A DNA stretch of 63,999 nucleotides, filler included, from Octopus bimaculoides (lineage: Eukaryota), in assembly GCF_001194135.2 (NCBI RefSeq). It is 6 parts of 4 records of this genome, joined end to end, with 100 filler letters (N's around TTAATTAATTAA, not from the genome) between each part and the next. Parts side by side here need not be neighbours in the genome. Positions count along the whole stretch, not along the records: positions 1 to 28,001 come from NC_068983.1; 5 more parts are not named here. The stretch is one strand, 5' to 3'. The notes under the pieces were generated by a model. The model made no database searches. It was given only the letters and a program-made list of their open reading frames with translations, and was not told the origin of the DNA. Below are positions 13,260-26,099 of this stretch, one piece after another. The position numbers and the translations under genes were made by a program. Each line of letters opens with the position of its first letter. Position 1 is the first letter of the stretch.

Positions 13260-13349
13260 ATGCAGTACGATCGTTTCATGCGACTCCATTTATTTAAGTA
13301 ATGTGAGCATTACATTAAATGTAAAGTGCAGAGAAATCTTCAGCTGCAC
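13260..13349 (-). ncRNA. Type I hammerhead ribozyme motif with extended helix II
   Basis: Minus strand reads GTGCAG-CTGAAGA-[59 nt, hairpin-forming]-GAAA-CGATCG-TA-CTGCAT. Helix I has 6 bp, both core boxes are canonical, helix III is palindromic and the cleavage triplet is GUA. The 10.1-11.1 pair is U.U. Confidence 0.7.
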
Positions 13350-14149
13350 AAAGATACAGAAAATTTACTGAAATATTATTTCAGTAGAAGGACATATTAT
13401 TGTAACTACATTTAAACAATCCAAGTGGGAAGGAAGAATATAAAAAACCATTTTGATTTAGCCAGACCAAACAGGCTAGTAATTAATTCTAAGCAGAATT
13501 TTAACTGTCACTGATTTTATTTGGGTTTTTTTTTTTTGGTATTTTTTTGTTGTTTCATCTTATCAGACCTAATGATTTAAAGCTTATGAGGTCACCAGCC
13601 TTTTCCTTATAAGAAAAGGGAAGGGGTAAACAATATACTTGGATATGGTTATAAAGATTATTTTGGTCTTAGTGACACCACTATTATAGGTTGGGTTTTT
13701 TTTTCACTACTAGCAGACCAGTTTATAATGTAGCAGGGGAAGTTTAACATAAGGCACCTAGGTCAGCAGTGTATATAAAAAAAATTGCTATCTATGTACA
13801 GATACAGTATGTGTTTATTTATAGTTTTCGTTAATCAGAATAATGTATCAGTATTGTTTCACATATACTAAATATGGAAACTTTGAGATACCAATATTTG
13901 CTTAATTAATAATATGTGAATAATAGTGATGTAATTAATCAATACATTCAGTATGTAGAAACCATGAAGTAGTGTTAATTTAAAAAGCTTTGGTAAAGTA
14001 CATTTAGACATATTTATATCAATATAAAGAACCATAGACAAAAAACCATAGATAAGATGTGAAGTTAAAAAGTTTTTTTATGTATATTGAACTAAAAATT
14101 ATTTTAAATTATTTAAAAAATTAAAGTTAAAGCTATGTCTCATATTATT

Positions 14150-14645
14150 TAAAGGACACCTGAGAGATGAAATTTATTTTATAACTACTATAAAAAAAAA
14201 CTGTAAAAGAATTGTTACATAGGATTATTATGGTTTATAATGATGGACTCATTAAGGTTTAAGAAACTGGTAAAATGAATGATTGGAATTAACATAGAAT
14301 ATAATGGTGAAAATTGTATATCTAATATCACATTTAATGGATGCATAAGATATAAAATTTATTTTATAACTAATGTAAGGAATTAATACATAAGGATTTA
14401 CATAGTTTATAATGATGGACTCATCAAGGTTTAAGAAACTGGTAAAGTGAATGATTGGTTGGAATTACAATGGTGAAAATTAAAACCTATATATCTAATA
14501 TCATTTAAAGGACATATAAGAGATAAAATTTGTTTTATAACTAATGTAAAGAATTAATACATAGGATTTACATAGTTTATAATAATGGGCTCATCAAGGT
14601 TTAAGAATCTAATAAAATGAATGGTTGGAATTAATAAAGAATACA
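14150..14645. repeat. Tandem repeat, ~171-bp unit, ~2.8 copies
   Basis: The anchor TTTATAAT(G/A)ATGG(A/G)CTCAT recurs at 14234, 14406 and 14576 (periods 172 and 170). Confidence 0.9.
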
Positions 14646-14682
14646 ATCGCAGTTAGAGCAATTAATAGAGAACAATAGTAGA

Positions 14683-14790
14683 AGAGGCTATAGTAGAAGA
14701 CACTTGCCCAAGGTGCCACGCAGTGGGACTGAACCCGGAACCATGTACTTCGTAAGCAAGCTACTTACCACACAGCCACTCCTACACCTA
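14683..14790 (-). mobile_element. SINE family C (CORE-like), 5' part
   Basis: Reverse complement of GTGGCTGTGTGGTAAG...GGGTTCAGTCCCACTGCGTGGCACCTTGGGCAAGTGTCTTCTACTATAGCC. Further copies or halves lie near 27640, 35930, 39260, 41190-42020, 42590, 44470, 48380-48960, 55745-56268, 61150 and 63475. Confidence 0.85.
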
Positions 14791-15275
14791 TATATATATA
14801 TATATATTCACATACACACATACACACACACACATATAGGTAGGTAGGTAGGTAGGTAGGCAGGCAGGTATATAATGTGAATGTGTATGAATAGGTTTTT
14901 AGCCATTCACTAATGCACAACCTTATAAAATTTACATAACGTTTATATAACAGAATTTTATAGAGCATGTTTTATCTTTTCTTATATACTATATGAAATT
15001 CCTCACAAAAATAGAAGATTATTCATGGAAGCCATTCTTATATCGCAAAACAACGCCAAAATAAACGCGCAAACAGCACGCACATCAAAAATTAACACCT
15101 GGTTACAGTAATGAAAAATGTGACCACAACAAACAAATCAACACGTGGCTGCTGACATATAAGGCTAACGATAGAAAAAACCTTCTGGCACGGAAGTCTA
15201 CATAGATGCAGCCGCTAAAGAACAACACAGGCGCCAGGTATATTCAATTCTTGAAAATGAGTGTGTGAAATCTGG

Positions 15276-15944
15276 GGATCTATTTTAAAACGAGGGCGCC
15301 AGTTTTCATTTATGTTTTATGTAGTGTTTTTGGTACGGAAAGACTTTCAAACTTCGTATACTTATCTATTTTGTGTTATAGAACAGAAAAATATTTTTGT
15401 ATTCGAATTTATTTCATGTAAAAAATTATCTTATTTCGATAATTTCTACTAATCACTGACGTCTATTCAGTTGAAAACAGTTAGCGCTGTAACGGTGTAT
15501 ATCGTATTAATCCCCTAACCCTTACACTAACCCTAACTAGACTGTTAACCGTAACCGTAACCGTAACCCTAAAACTAACCCTAACTCGAGAATCCGAACT
15601 CTAAAATTGTTACGCACATAGATACGCACAGCGTAATTTATTATATAAATAATATATGCGTATAAATTACGATTAAACCGGATGAAATATGTCACAGAGA
15701 ATAACATTTTTATGACCGCCCAGCAGTCACTCTATTCAGCTGAATAGACGTCAGTGATTGGTTGAAATTACAGAAATACGACAACTTTAACATGGAATAA
15801 CTTGCGAATTCCTTTTTTTTTTGTTAAGAAGACTAAGAGTAAAAGATGTTTTATATGACACATTCTACCAGTGTCCCAAGTTTCAAAGTGTTTCGTTAGT
15901 GTTTCGTTAAGAAAATACTGGCGCCCCCGTTTTAAAATAGATCC
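15276..15944. mobile_element. Merlin-like non-autonomous DNA transposon (MITE)
   Basis: 28-bp TIRs GGATCTATTTTAAAACG(A/G)GGGCGCCAGT (27/28 match) at 15276-15303 and 15917-15944. Perfect 8-bp TSD AAATCTGG (15268-75 and 15945-52). GG termini plus an 8-bp TSD match the Merlin superfamily. Confidence 0.8.
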
Positions 15945-16110
15945 AAATCTGGGAATGTGGAATATGAATTTAGGAACCTCATTGGTGTAAATCAACTATG
16001 AAAATAAAACAACTAAAAATATACCAAAAATCTAAAGTAAAATATAGTTAGAATTTGAACACAGTTTAATAAAACGCGTATAAAAGAAAAGCGAATCCCC
16101 ATACATTTGA

Positions 16111-16177
<67 letters not shown>

Positions 16178-16491
16178 TACACACACACGCACGAGGCACA
16201 CACACACACACACGCATACATATACGCACAAGCTTATTTATTTGTTCTCTGTGTGTGTATCTGCGTCGCTTGTCTATGATTGCATGTGTGCGTCATATAT
16301 CAAAGACATGCTCTTCATTCCACCATATTTCCTGTGGTCATTAGTTTTTTTTTCTTCTCACTTATTTTTTGTCACTATTTACAACCACTTTTCTCTTTTT
16401 ATCCATTCCCTAACTCTCTAATTCTTCCCTTTTATCTTCCTCTTTTCTTCATACATACCATTCTCTATATTATTTTGTGTTTCTTCCTCAG

Positions 16492-16661
16492 ACAGTGAAC
16501 GGAACATATCAAATTAAGAAGATAATGGATACGTGGACGCGCCAGATGGGATATCCCGTGGTTAACATCAAAGCTGACGGTAAAGACCATTATATCATCG
16601 AACAGAAACGTTTCCTTTTGCAACCCGGTGATAAATTCAACGTTTCCGAATCGCCCTACAA
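16492..16661 (+). CDS. M1 aminopeptidase (APN/ENPEP-like) internal exon
   Basis: ttcctcAG|...TVNGTYQIKKIMDTWTRQMGYPVVNIK...SESPYK|GTaagc. It carries the M1 motif MDTWTxQMGYP. Phase 0 to phase 2. Confidence 0.93.
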
Positions 16662-16783
16662 GTAAGCAATTCTTATTCGAGTATATCTATAAATCTCAGA
16701 GTATAAAACAGGGATTATATATACGTGTGTGTGTTATACAATTATACAAATACACACAAATATATATATATATATATATATAT

Positions 16784-16828
<45 letters not shown>

Positions 16829-16831
<3 letters not shown>

Positions 16832-17639
16832 TAGCTGACGTACCCGGTAAATCCTGGGAAAGCGGGGCTTATCCCTTGGTTCCGTTCTCGTAATAGTTTC
16901 TCGCTAATCCAATAACAACGATACAAAGTATGTAGCCCTTAAAATGGTTTCTGTGCATTTACAGAGAATACCAAACTGTCTAACACAGGACCTTTTTTAG
17001 GAATTCCCAATAAGTTGTGAATACCCAAATTGTGAAGTCAGTTATGTAATAACATGAAATTAGTTACCCGATAGTAAGAATTCAAATAAAGTAGCCCTGA
17101 AATGGGCTTTAATGCGTTCACAGAGTATATAGAACACAGGAGGAAATACTAAAAAGGTATGTATACTAAAATATGAGATAATAACAATTCAAAATAAATA
17201 ACTCTGAAAAGGGCTTTGTGTGTTCCCAGAGAATATTACCCTAAAGGGCGCTAGTGTTGGTATATTCGTGATTAAGTCACTAACCGAAATAAGTGGATCT
17301 ATTGTTTAGGAAAACACTATTTATTTGTTTAAGGGTTGTACTGGATAAATTGTGAAAATAACACTAACACTTCAAATACTAAGAAATAGGCATACTTAAT
17401 TTCATTTTTACCAAATAATTTGCGAAAATGAATGAGTTATTTCCCTTGGCTATATATAAGGATCTCTTCCAGGGGCCCTATTATCGATTTTTTTTTCAAC
17501 AATCTGAGTAAGCCATGAGGTTTCCAGGCATGAGTTCTACTCACGTGTCAAGTTTAATCAAGACCGATAAAATGATGTAGAAGGAGTTAGCTAACAACTC
17601 CACAAACACACCCACAGACAGAATTTCCCACATATGTAG

Positions 17640-17640
<1 letters not shown>
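16829..17640 (+). mobile_element. Non-autonomous Helentron/HINE (Lep1-like) element inserted in a (TA)n tract
   Basis: 5' end TACTAGCTGACGTACCCGGTAAATCCTGGG. 3' end ...AAGTTTAATCAAGACCG...ACAGACAGAATTTCCCACATATGTAGTATATA. TA repeats flank both sides. Confidence 0.55.
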
Positions 17641-17670
<30 letters not shown>

Positions 17671-17683
17671 GCTTATATATACA

Positions 17684-17724
<41 letters not shown>

Positions 17725-18682
17725 ATAGCTCTATTTCAGTCGATCATATCACTTTCGTACTGGGTACCCTGTGATAAGCGCATTGTAATATTGAATACTT
17801 TGATTAATATTTATATGTGTGTATGTGTGTATATATATTTGTGTGTGCGCACGCATGTGTGTGTAGCATTTACGATTTCTAATGTACTCAAAAGACAACA
17901 AATCTTTGTGAAGATGCAGTGTATTGTTGAAACTTCTCTAGTGCTTGACTAGGACTACATTTCACAACCTAAAAAAGATGAAAATGGAAGTTGATTCTTT
18001 GATAGTGAAGCTAATACCGTAAAGGAGTATAACCAAGTGTGGCAAGGAATTTCTGATTTTCCGCTACCACATGATAAATATTCATTCCAGACACAAATGT
18101 AATAGCATCAACTGATTAACTTAACATGATCAAAGTTATCTAATAAGGGAGCCACTTTTATTGAACATTACACAAAAACTGCGACCAATTTCCAAAATTC
18201 GATGGAACTTAAACTGTCGAATAAAGTATCAGATCTAAAGAACGCACCAAAATACGGTCACTTAACTTGAACTGTTAGTTCAATACTATATCCAGTCCAC
18301 CGTTCGGCGTCTTCAGAATAATATGATACAAGGTAAAATACGTTTGTTTGATACTTTGTTACATTGTTAGAGTGTGTGCTAGCGCGCGCATGTGTGTGTG
18401 CGTGCGCGTGGGTGCGGGTGCGTGCACACACGGATCTTGCACTGTTGTGTGTCGATGAAGAATAAAGACATCAATGGAAAAGCTGGAAACCCAAACCCAC
18501 AGCTCTTCAAAGATAGCCCTTTACGATATTTGTGCTGCACAAAGTTACTGCCGCCATTAGAAATGAAGTAAACCCTTGATTGACAAATCAGAAATCTGTA
18601 ACCAATGAGGCTATTTTTCACCAATCTGATTCCGAGATAAAATAAATAACTTATGTCTATTTAAATTGAAATATGTCTCTGT

Positions 18683-18900
18683 GAGGCGACGAGCTGGCAG
18701 GATCGTTAACTTGCCAGGCGAAATGCTTAGTGGCATTTCGCTCAACTTTAGATTCTGAATTCAAATTCAGCCGAGATCGACTTTGCTCTTCATTCCTTTC
18801 TATGTCGATAAAATAAGTACCAGTTGAACACCGGGGTCAATGTCTTACCCTCTCCCTTGAAATTGCTAGTTTGTGACAAAATTTGAAACCAATATATTTC
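18683..18900 (+). mobile_element. SINE family B (Meta-SINE-like central domain)
   Basis: GGCGACGAGCTGGCAG...TTCAAATTCAGCCGAGATCGACTTTGCTCTTCATTCCTTTC...GTCGATAAAATAAGTACCAG. Other copies lie at ~19670, 22905, 23250-23685, 29600-29760, 30090-31200 and 44758. Confidence 0.8.
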
Positions 18901-20063
18901 TACCCGGTGAAACAAGAGAGAAAACAACAACCAATTTAATATGGTAATTCATGATAATTCAGGAGAGGACTATCTATACAATAATCTTCTGGTTCGTTCA
19001 CCTGTTATACTTTAGTTAGTTAGAGAAGTGGAGTAAAAGTGATAAAGAGAGCTGGGGAGAAACTCGAGTAGATAAGAAGAGAGAAGTATAATAATACACT
19101 AAGGTCAAATGCATCATGGGGTTAGTTGAAGGGAGAGGCGAAGGACGAGAGAAAAAGACGGTGAAAGAAAAGTGAGAGAGAGAAGTGTTAATGAAGCACT
19201 GTAGGGTGGAGACAGAAAGGTGAAGAGAAAGAGAGAAATGTTAATGACATGAAGATGGGAATTACATGGTTAAAATGTTTGTTGAAAAAGTAGGGAGAAA
19301 AAAAGAAATATAAAGTGCTTAGCAGAGAGAAATTTTAAAATCAGAGTGAAATAACTAAGCAAAATATAAATATAAATAATTCTTTCTTTCCTTCTTAAAT
19401 AGGTTCTTAATCTTTTTCGTTCTGGGGAATTTTCACAAGTCCCACTAGTACAGTATAATAGTTTAATGTTAACATATTTAGTGCCAGTTAATATCAAAAG
19501 CCAAAAGCAAAATATTCTTTCGGCCTTGCATTCCGTTATAAACTTTTATGACGACCATAGCTGCTGTTGTCGTCATCGTCGTTGTTTCGTCTCAAGCTTG
19601 CTCTCGTCATAAGTGTCCTAACTCTGATCGCCCATTCTCTTTCTTTCAATCATAATGCCTTTAGGTTTTCATTATCCAATTCTTAGCGGCATTTCTTCCG
19701 ACTTTATGTTCAGAGTTCAAATGCTGCCGAGGTTGAGTTTGCCTCATTCTTTTGGGGTCGATAAAATAAGTACCAGTTGAGCACTGGGATTGATACAATC
19801 AACCGCTCTCTTAAAATCGCTGGCCTTGTTCCAAAATGTAAAACCATCATCCAATGTGTACTTGCTTTCTTTTAGTGGGTAATTTGAGGAAAATTTGGTG
19901 GGTCGTATGAAAACGAAGAGATTCTTTTTGATAACGCTTCTAACCATAAATCTAACTAAATATAACATATTAGTGCTATTAGTAGTCAGTGAGGTACAAT
20001 AGGAGGCCGTGATATTCTAACATGTGCTCTAACTAGTTTCTAATTCTTTCTCCTTGATTCCAG

Positions 20064-20146
20064 GTACATGTGGCACATACCGTTCGTTTACAGCTTTATG
20101 TCCAAACCATCTCAAACTGAACTCCACTGGTTAAGTAACTCCTCGG
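20064..20146 (+). CDS. M1 aminopeptidase internal exon
   Basis: ttccAG|g YMWHIPFVYSFMSKPSQTELHWLSNSS g|GTaagt. It matches the conserved Y.W.IP motif. Phase 2 to phase 1 fits both neighbouring exons. Confidence 0.92.
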
Positions 20147-21636
20147 GTAAGTGCTTTATATAGCGTGACACTGATTTATGTACTGGCACAAACTCCCATT
20201 ATTGTTTATTCCTTTTTTTTTTTTTCTAACTCCGGGTTATTTACAAACTACATAAACTCTCTGGTTGACCGTGTTTATAAGAAGTGTGACAATAATCAAT
20301 TTAATCAACTGATGCAAACTTCTCATTTATTTTATTAATATAGATTATGTGTATGAAAACTAAGGTAGAATTTGAACTGAGACATTTGAAGCATCGAGTT
20401 ATATATTTAAAACCATCTAATTCGGTTTTCTTTACATTTTACCACTTGCTCTACCATTATTCATAGATGGGCCACTGAGGTATTTTCTACGTCGTCGTTC
20501 GACCTGTTAGAGATATCTCACATTATCTTTGCTTATGTCCTACCATCTTGTAGCATAAGGGTTTTGTTGAGTTGTCTTGATTTCAACAAACGGACTGTCT
20601 GTCCAGTGAGATAGTTTCAATTAACGTTCTGCATACACTGATGCAGGCCAACATCTGTTACACAGTCTGGGGTAGACTACACCTGAAAAGCAACAATGGG
20701 ACAGCCATGGCTGGAATGCCTTGGATCATGGATCTGCTCGATCAAGGCCGACTTGGCAGTAGACATCTTACATCTTATATCACTATTGCAGCAATATTCT
20801 ATATAATAGTTCGAATTATCGAGATGCATTAGCTAAATCCCACTCAACAAACTGTCGCCCTTTTTGTATTCATCGAGGACGCTTCTGTACGGTCAACTGG
20901 CCTGTAAGAAATAGCAGCCAACCTTCCATCAAATAACACCTTATTGTCTTAAAAGAGGGAACTTACATTGGATAAAGTAATCCTAAATTGCATAATGCCA
21001 TTAGAAAAAAACACTTCAAACAACGAACCAGCTCTAAAATGAAGATCACTCTTTAAGACTCATAGTTACATAAAACTGTAAAAGGGTTTTAATTCCGCTC
21101 TTCTCTCTCTCCTTTTCTTTGTGAGCAGAGAAATAATGCTGTTATATGATATCTGAAATTGATGTCTTAAAGCGAGACAAATGAGCTGGCTTGAAATAAT
21201 CTTGATTCAGTGAGAGAGTTTAAATGTTTCAGTTCCTAGAGGTATTTGTGTAATCTCTTGATGCTCTTCGGATATGAAATTATTCTTTTCATTATTTAAC
21301 AAACGTAGCTCTAAAGTTTCCCATACGAGTACTAACTTGTTAACCATAATTAGTGATCTGAAAGCCTTATGCTTTAAGTATAATATACAGATCACTAATT
21401 TGAACTAATACTGCTTCTGTCGCCAATAACGATTTTTTTTAAATTTTGTCTGCCGGTTAAATAGATATGTGGCATTTCAATTAGCGTTTAACCATATCTC
21501 CGGTAGCAGTCGATTTTTGCTTGGTATGCGGTGCAAGTAGATACTTGCTGCTGATGAAGTTCAAAAAAGCAGATATCCTGATTTAGCTATATCATTGTTG
21601 CTGCTGGGCGATTTTCGCCCGTTGCTGATATATTTC

Positions 21637-21671
<35 letters not shown>

Positions 21672-22182
21672 GTTATACATCTATAAGAGATGCTTTCTCA
21701 AGTCAAATACTGCAGTTTAGAAAGCGTTCAATAATATATGAGCTTTAAGTAAGATATACAGGCTGCTAATTTGAATATATACACTTCTGTCGCTAATAAC
21801 GAATTGCTAAATATAATTTCACAATAGTATTATACGGGCTAAGTAGAAACTTCTGATTCATTGTCCGCTGCTTATCAAAGATATTCCCTTTGCGTATCCT
21901 GGAGATGCTTAATTCCAGTTCCTATTATAATAAGAGGATGATAGATAAATCTTCTTTTGGATACGACGTTAATCTATCCCAAGTAACTTTCTTGAATGTA
22001 TCAATTATCTATTATAAAAATCTAGCTAAAGTGAAGCCAAGAAAGATTGTCTCTTGTCTAGAAATAGTCAGGCTTCACATGTAACGGATTTGAACTTACA
22101 GACTGTGAACCTGCAGTGCAATAGTTTCGTTTTGCTTCGCTTTAATTTCATATTGCTTATTCCTTTTGTTTTCTGGTTACAG

Positions 22183-22307
22183 ATAGAATTAAAGCTACTG
22201 GAAGTGGCTGGATCTTGGGAAATGTTGATCACATTGGTTTTTATCGAGTCAATTATGAAGTGAGTATGTGGAAACAACTAACCGAACAGCTTCATAAAGA
22301 CCACACG
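22183..22307 (+). CDS. M1 aminopeptidase internal exon (start of the ERAP1-like C-terminal domain)
   Basis: ttacAG|(D)RIKATGSGWILGNVDHIGFYRVNYEVSMWKQLTEQLHKDHT|GTaggt. It contains the W...N....GFYRVNY motif. Phase 1 to phase 0. Confidence 0.95.
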
Positions 22308-24027
22308 GTAGGTATTATTTCATAAAGCATTGCTTTCCCAAGTAAAGGAGAGGGAGCACTTTTACTCCCACCTAACCATAAGAATCGTCAAATAAGGGAT
22401 GGGATGATTTCTTCTTCTATGTGTGTACACGCGCGCGCGTTACACCCGATTATTTTTATTGATCCGTTTAGAAACTCAAACAGGATGGTATAATTAGCTG
22501 CCAAATAAATCACAATTACTTACAACTACTCATATCGGTACCAATAATACCCGGCAATATGTTTTTGTTCTCAAATGTTTAATATCTTCTTTTTTTTTTA
22601 ACTGTTACTCATTTTTTATTTATTTCTTTGGCTGGGATATGCTTAGTCTGATACAATTCTGAACTACAACATTTGACTGATGCATTGTTTGTACCTTTAA
22701 AATCACTATTCATTGCTAGCAAACTCACGGTGTTGACCGATCTCATCTTTGAATATTTATCCACAAACTCAACTAATATATAGTTACATTTTAATTAAAA
22801 TTAATAATATATAACTATACATGTGTCAGTACAAATACTAAGTAATTACAATCCAAAATGAATTTATGGTATATTTTAGTTTAGTTTCTTGTTGGAAAAA
22901 AAATTCCTCAGCATGTACTGAGTTCAAATCCCACCAAGGTCAATTTTGCCTTTTATCCTTTCAGGATCGATAAAATAAAGTACTGGTCAAGTATTGTGGA
23001 GTTTATGTAATCGACTAAACCCTCCCAAGATAACTGCTGACCTTGTGCCAAAATTTGAAGCAATATTATTCATTAAACTAATGAGTTTAAATCCCGCTAA
23101 GGTCAACTTTGCTTTTCATTTTTCTTCAATTCGTTACTCATATTGTGTCAAATCACCTTAGGCTCCAGACTAACCACCATGATCATTCTTTTCTACCAGT
23201 ACCCTCAACCATCATAAATATAACCATTCTCGTCGATCTGTGACACTAAGCAGAATATTGGTTTCAAATTTTAGCACAAGGTCAGCAAGTTCGGGGGTGC
23301 GGGTAAGTCGATTACATCGACCCAATCCTCGATTGGGACTTGTTTTACCGACCCAGATAGGATGAAAGGCAAAGGTGACTTCGGCAGCATTTGAAAACAG
23401 AACGTAAATATGGACGAAATGCTGCTAAGCATTTTGTCCGGCGTGCTGACGATACGGCCAGCTTACTGCCTTACTTTCAGCAGAGTATTGGCACAAAGCC
23501 AACAATTTCAAGGGAGAGGGTAAGTCGATTACATCGACCCCATTACTCAACTGATACTTATTTTATCGACCCTAAAAGGATGAAAAGCAAAGTTGGCCTC
23601 GGTGGAATTTGAACTCAGAATATAGTAACGGACGAAATGCTGCTAAGCATATTGCCCAGCGTGCTAACGATTCTGCCACCTTACTTTAAGCAGAATATTA
23701 ACATCAGTTTCACCTGCCTAGTACAGCTTTCCAAATTCATGGAAACTGACCTTGCTTCCAAGTAAAAAAATGAGATTTGTTATACATAACACTAAAGTAT
23801 ATGATACAATATATCCCTAACAATGTTAAATTATCATAACCAGTATTGTAGACACAAACAGCAGTGTGATTAAGAAGTTCACTTCGCTAACAAGGGATTC
23901 TTGAATCGATTCCACTACGATGTAGTACTTGAATATATGTCCCTTTACTTGAGTGGGACAATGTCTTGTGATTATAATTTGGCGGGAAAAATCGTGCGAA
24001 ACTAGTCATACACACACACACACACAC

Positions 24028-24059
<32 letters not shown>

Positions 24060-24454
24060 NNNNNNNNNNNNNNNNNNNNNNNNNNNNNNNNNNNNNNNNN
24101 NNNNNNNNNNNNNNNNNNNNNNNNNNNNNNNNNNNNNNNNNNNNNNNNNNNNNNNNNNNNNNNNNNNNNNNNNNNNNNNNNNNNNNNNNNNNNNNNNNNN
24201 NNNNNNNNNNNNNNNNNNNNNNNNNNNNNNNNNNNNNNNNNNNNNNNNNNNNNNNNNNNNNNNNNNNNNNNNNNNNNNNNNNNNNNNNNNNNNNNNNNNN
24301 NNNNNNNNNNNNNNNNNNNNNNNNNNNNNNNNNNNNNNNNNNNNNNNNNNNNNNNNNNNNNNNNNNNNNNNNNNNNNNNNNNNNNNNNNNNNNNNNNNNN
24401 NNNNNNNNNNNNNNNNNNNNNNNNNNNNNNNNNNNNNNNNNNNNNNNNNNNGCT

Positions 24455-24840
24455 TCTCCTCTGTTCGTGGATTTTTGCAATGGCTGAACAAAAGAACAGT
24501 GTGCTTCCGTGAAATTCTGTTTTCAGCTGGGAAAAACGGCGGCCGAAGCAGTTGTCATGTTTCAAACAGCTTACACGCTGTCATGAGCAAAACAAGTTTA
24601 CGAGTGGTTTTCACGCTTTAGAAATGGTCACTTGTCGCTTGAGGACCAACCTCCTTCGGGGTAACCGTCGACCCCCCGAACGAATGAAAACATCATGAAA
24701 ATTCATGAACTGATCTTGGAGGACCATCGCTTAACAATTGAAGAGATTGTTGATATGACTGGTGTGTCCTGGAGCTCCTCTCAACGAATTTTGAGCGAGG
24801 AATTCCGAATGAAAAGAGTTGCAGCAAAATATGTTCCGGT
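24455..24840 (+). mobile_element. Mariner transposase N-terminal (HTH) relic
   Basis: Frameshifted readings include ...VYEWFSRFRNG... and KIHELILEDHRLTIEEIVDMTGVSWSSSQRILSEEFRMKRVAAKYVP. Confidence 0.85.
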
Positions 24841-25200
24841 AGCTAGTGCATGCGCTCCTCACAGCCTCACAGGGAAGATCTTCCAACATATCTTTGATCT
24901 TGGCCACCAGCTTGTCTCTGGTGTTACAGGTAAAGTGGTTGGTGTCTTACTTAATCCTACATAGCAATCCATGGAATTATAGTTGGGGGAATTGAGAGTC
25001 CAGAAATTGTGAAATCGTATAGAAATTCTCCGACAACCACTTCTGACTCTTTCTGGAAGTATAGCAAAGAGCCGAATCCTATATATGGCTTTCCAACAAC
25101 AACCCTTTCCAGCTAAGATTTGACCACAGTCTCCAACAGTTTCACATGACCGCCTGATTTAAGCCTAAAGCCCAGTCCTGCAGCTGTTGCATGAATTCCT
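24841..25200 (-). mobile_element. Tc1/mariner (DD37D maT-like) transposase C-terminal relic
   Basis: Minus-strand readings include DSALCYTSRKSQKWLSENFY and DTNHFTCNTRDKLVAKIKDMLEDLPCEAVRSAC, with stops and frameshifts. Confidence 0.6.
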
Positions 25201-25721
25201 GCGTGTGGGCGCAATCAGAATGCCTGCTGTGTCCCTTCCTGTTGGCCACGGCTTCGTTGTCTTTGTTGCCACTATCAGCTGTCCCTGTCACGTCTTACAG
25301 CCTTTACAATGTTCACGGATCATTAAGCAGCAACCATGATGTTAATATTTTGATACCCGGCGCTACAGGATACAGGTAACTCTTTTCCAATATTTAGATG
25401 AATTCCAGTCCTCCATTTCAGCTAACGCTTTCTCAATAACAACTTTAATCGTAATGTTCTCCAATGCTGCTGACTGTTCACCAATACATCAAGTTGTTCC
25501 TGAAAAAGGATATGTAAAATATCGTCAAATTTAGCCCGATCATCCTGAAAGTTCTAAATACTTTTACATCTAGCAATTTTACGTCTTTTATTCATCCACG
25601 AAATTTCTTAGAATCAATTATTTCCTACTTGAAAATCCCTCATGCACAACATTAATAAATGTATCGACTAAATGTTCTTGTGATGTAAACAGAAAAAATA
25701 AATTATGCTATTTCATTTCAG

Positions 25722-25777
25722 GTGTTTGTAGCTTCAAGTCGCGCAGGACTTATCGGAGATGCTCTCAACTTAGCTCG
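25722..25777 (+). CDS. M1 aminopeptidase internal exon
   Basis: tttcAG|VFVASSRAGLIGDALNLA(R)|GTacgt. It matches the conserved R..LI.DA..LAR motif. Phase 0 to phase 2. Confidence 0.92.
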
Positions 25778-25916
25778 GTACGTTATTTTTTGTTACCTTT
25801 TTCATGTATGAAATTATGCTATTATTAAGATTTATTGTAAAGTTAAGACACAAAGTTAAAATATCTGTGTGTGCGTGTATGCATATATGTATGTATATAT
25901 GTATATACGTATGTAT

Positions 25917-26003
<87 letters not shown>

Positions 26004-26099
26004 ACACACATACGCAACATACAATTTTGATACTGTGAATAAAAACTTAGGTAAAGTGGCAAGTTATTTCTGTAGTTGCATTGTTCCATAATGGAATGA

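Noticed and set aside
18255-18330. Minus-strand CTGAAGA...TGAACTAACAGTTC hammerhead-like spacing (similar weak cases at ~59780-59850 and ~60310-60365)
   Set aside because: The GAAA box or helix I is missing, so these cannot be distinguished from chance.
23990-24012. CGAAACTAGTC, typical 3' half of a minimal hammerhead
   Set aside because: No CUGANGA box or matching helix I/II strand was found upstream.
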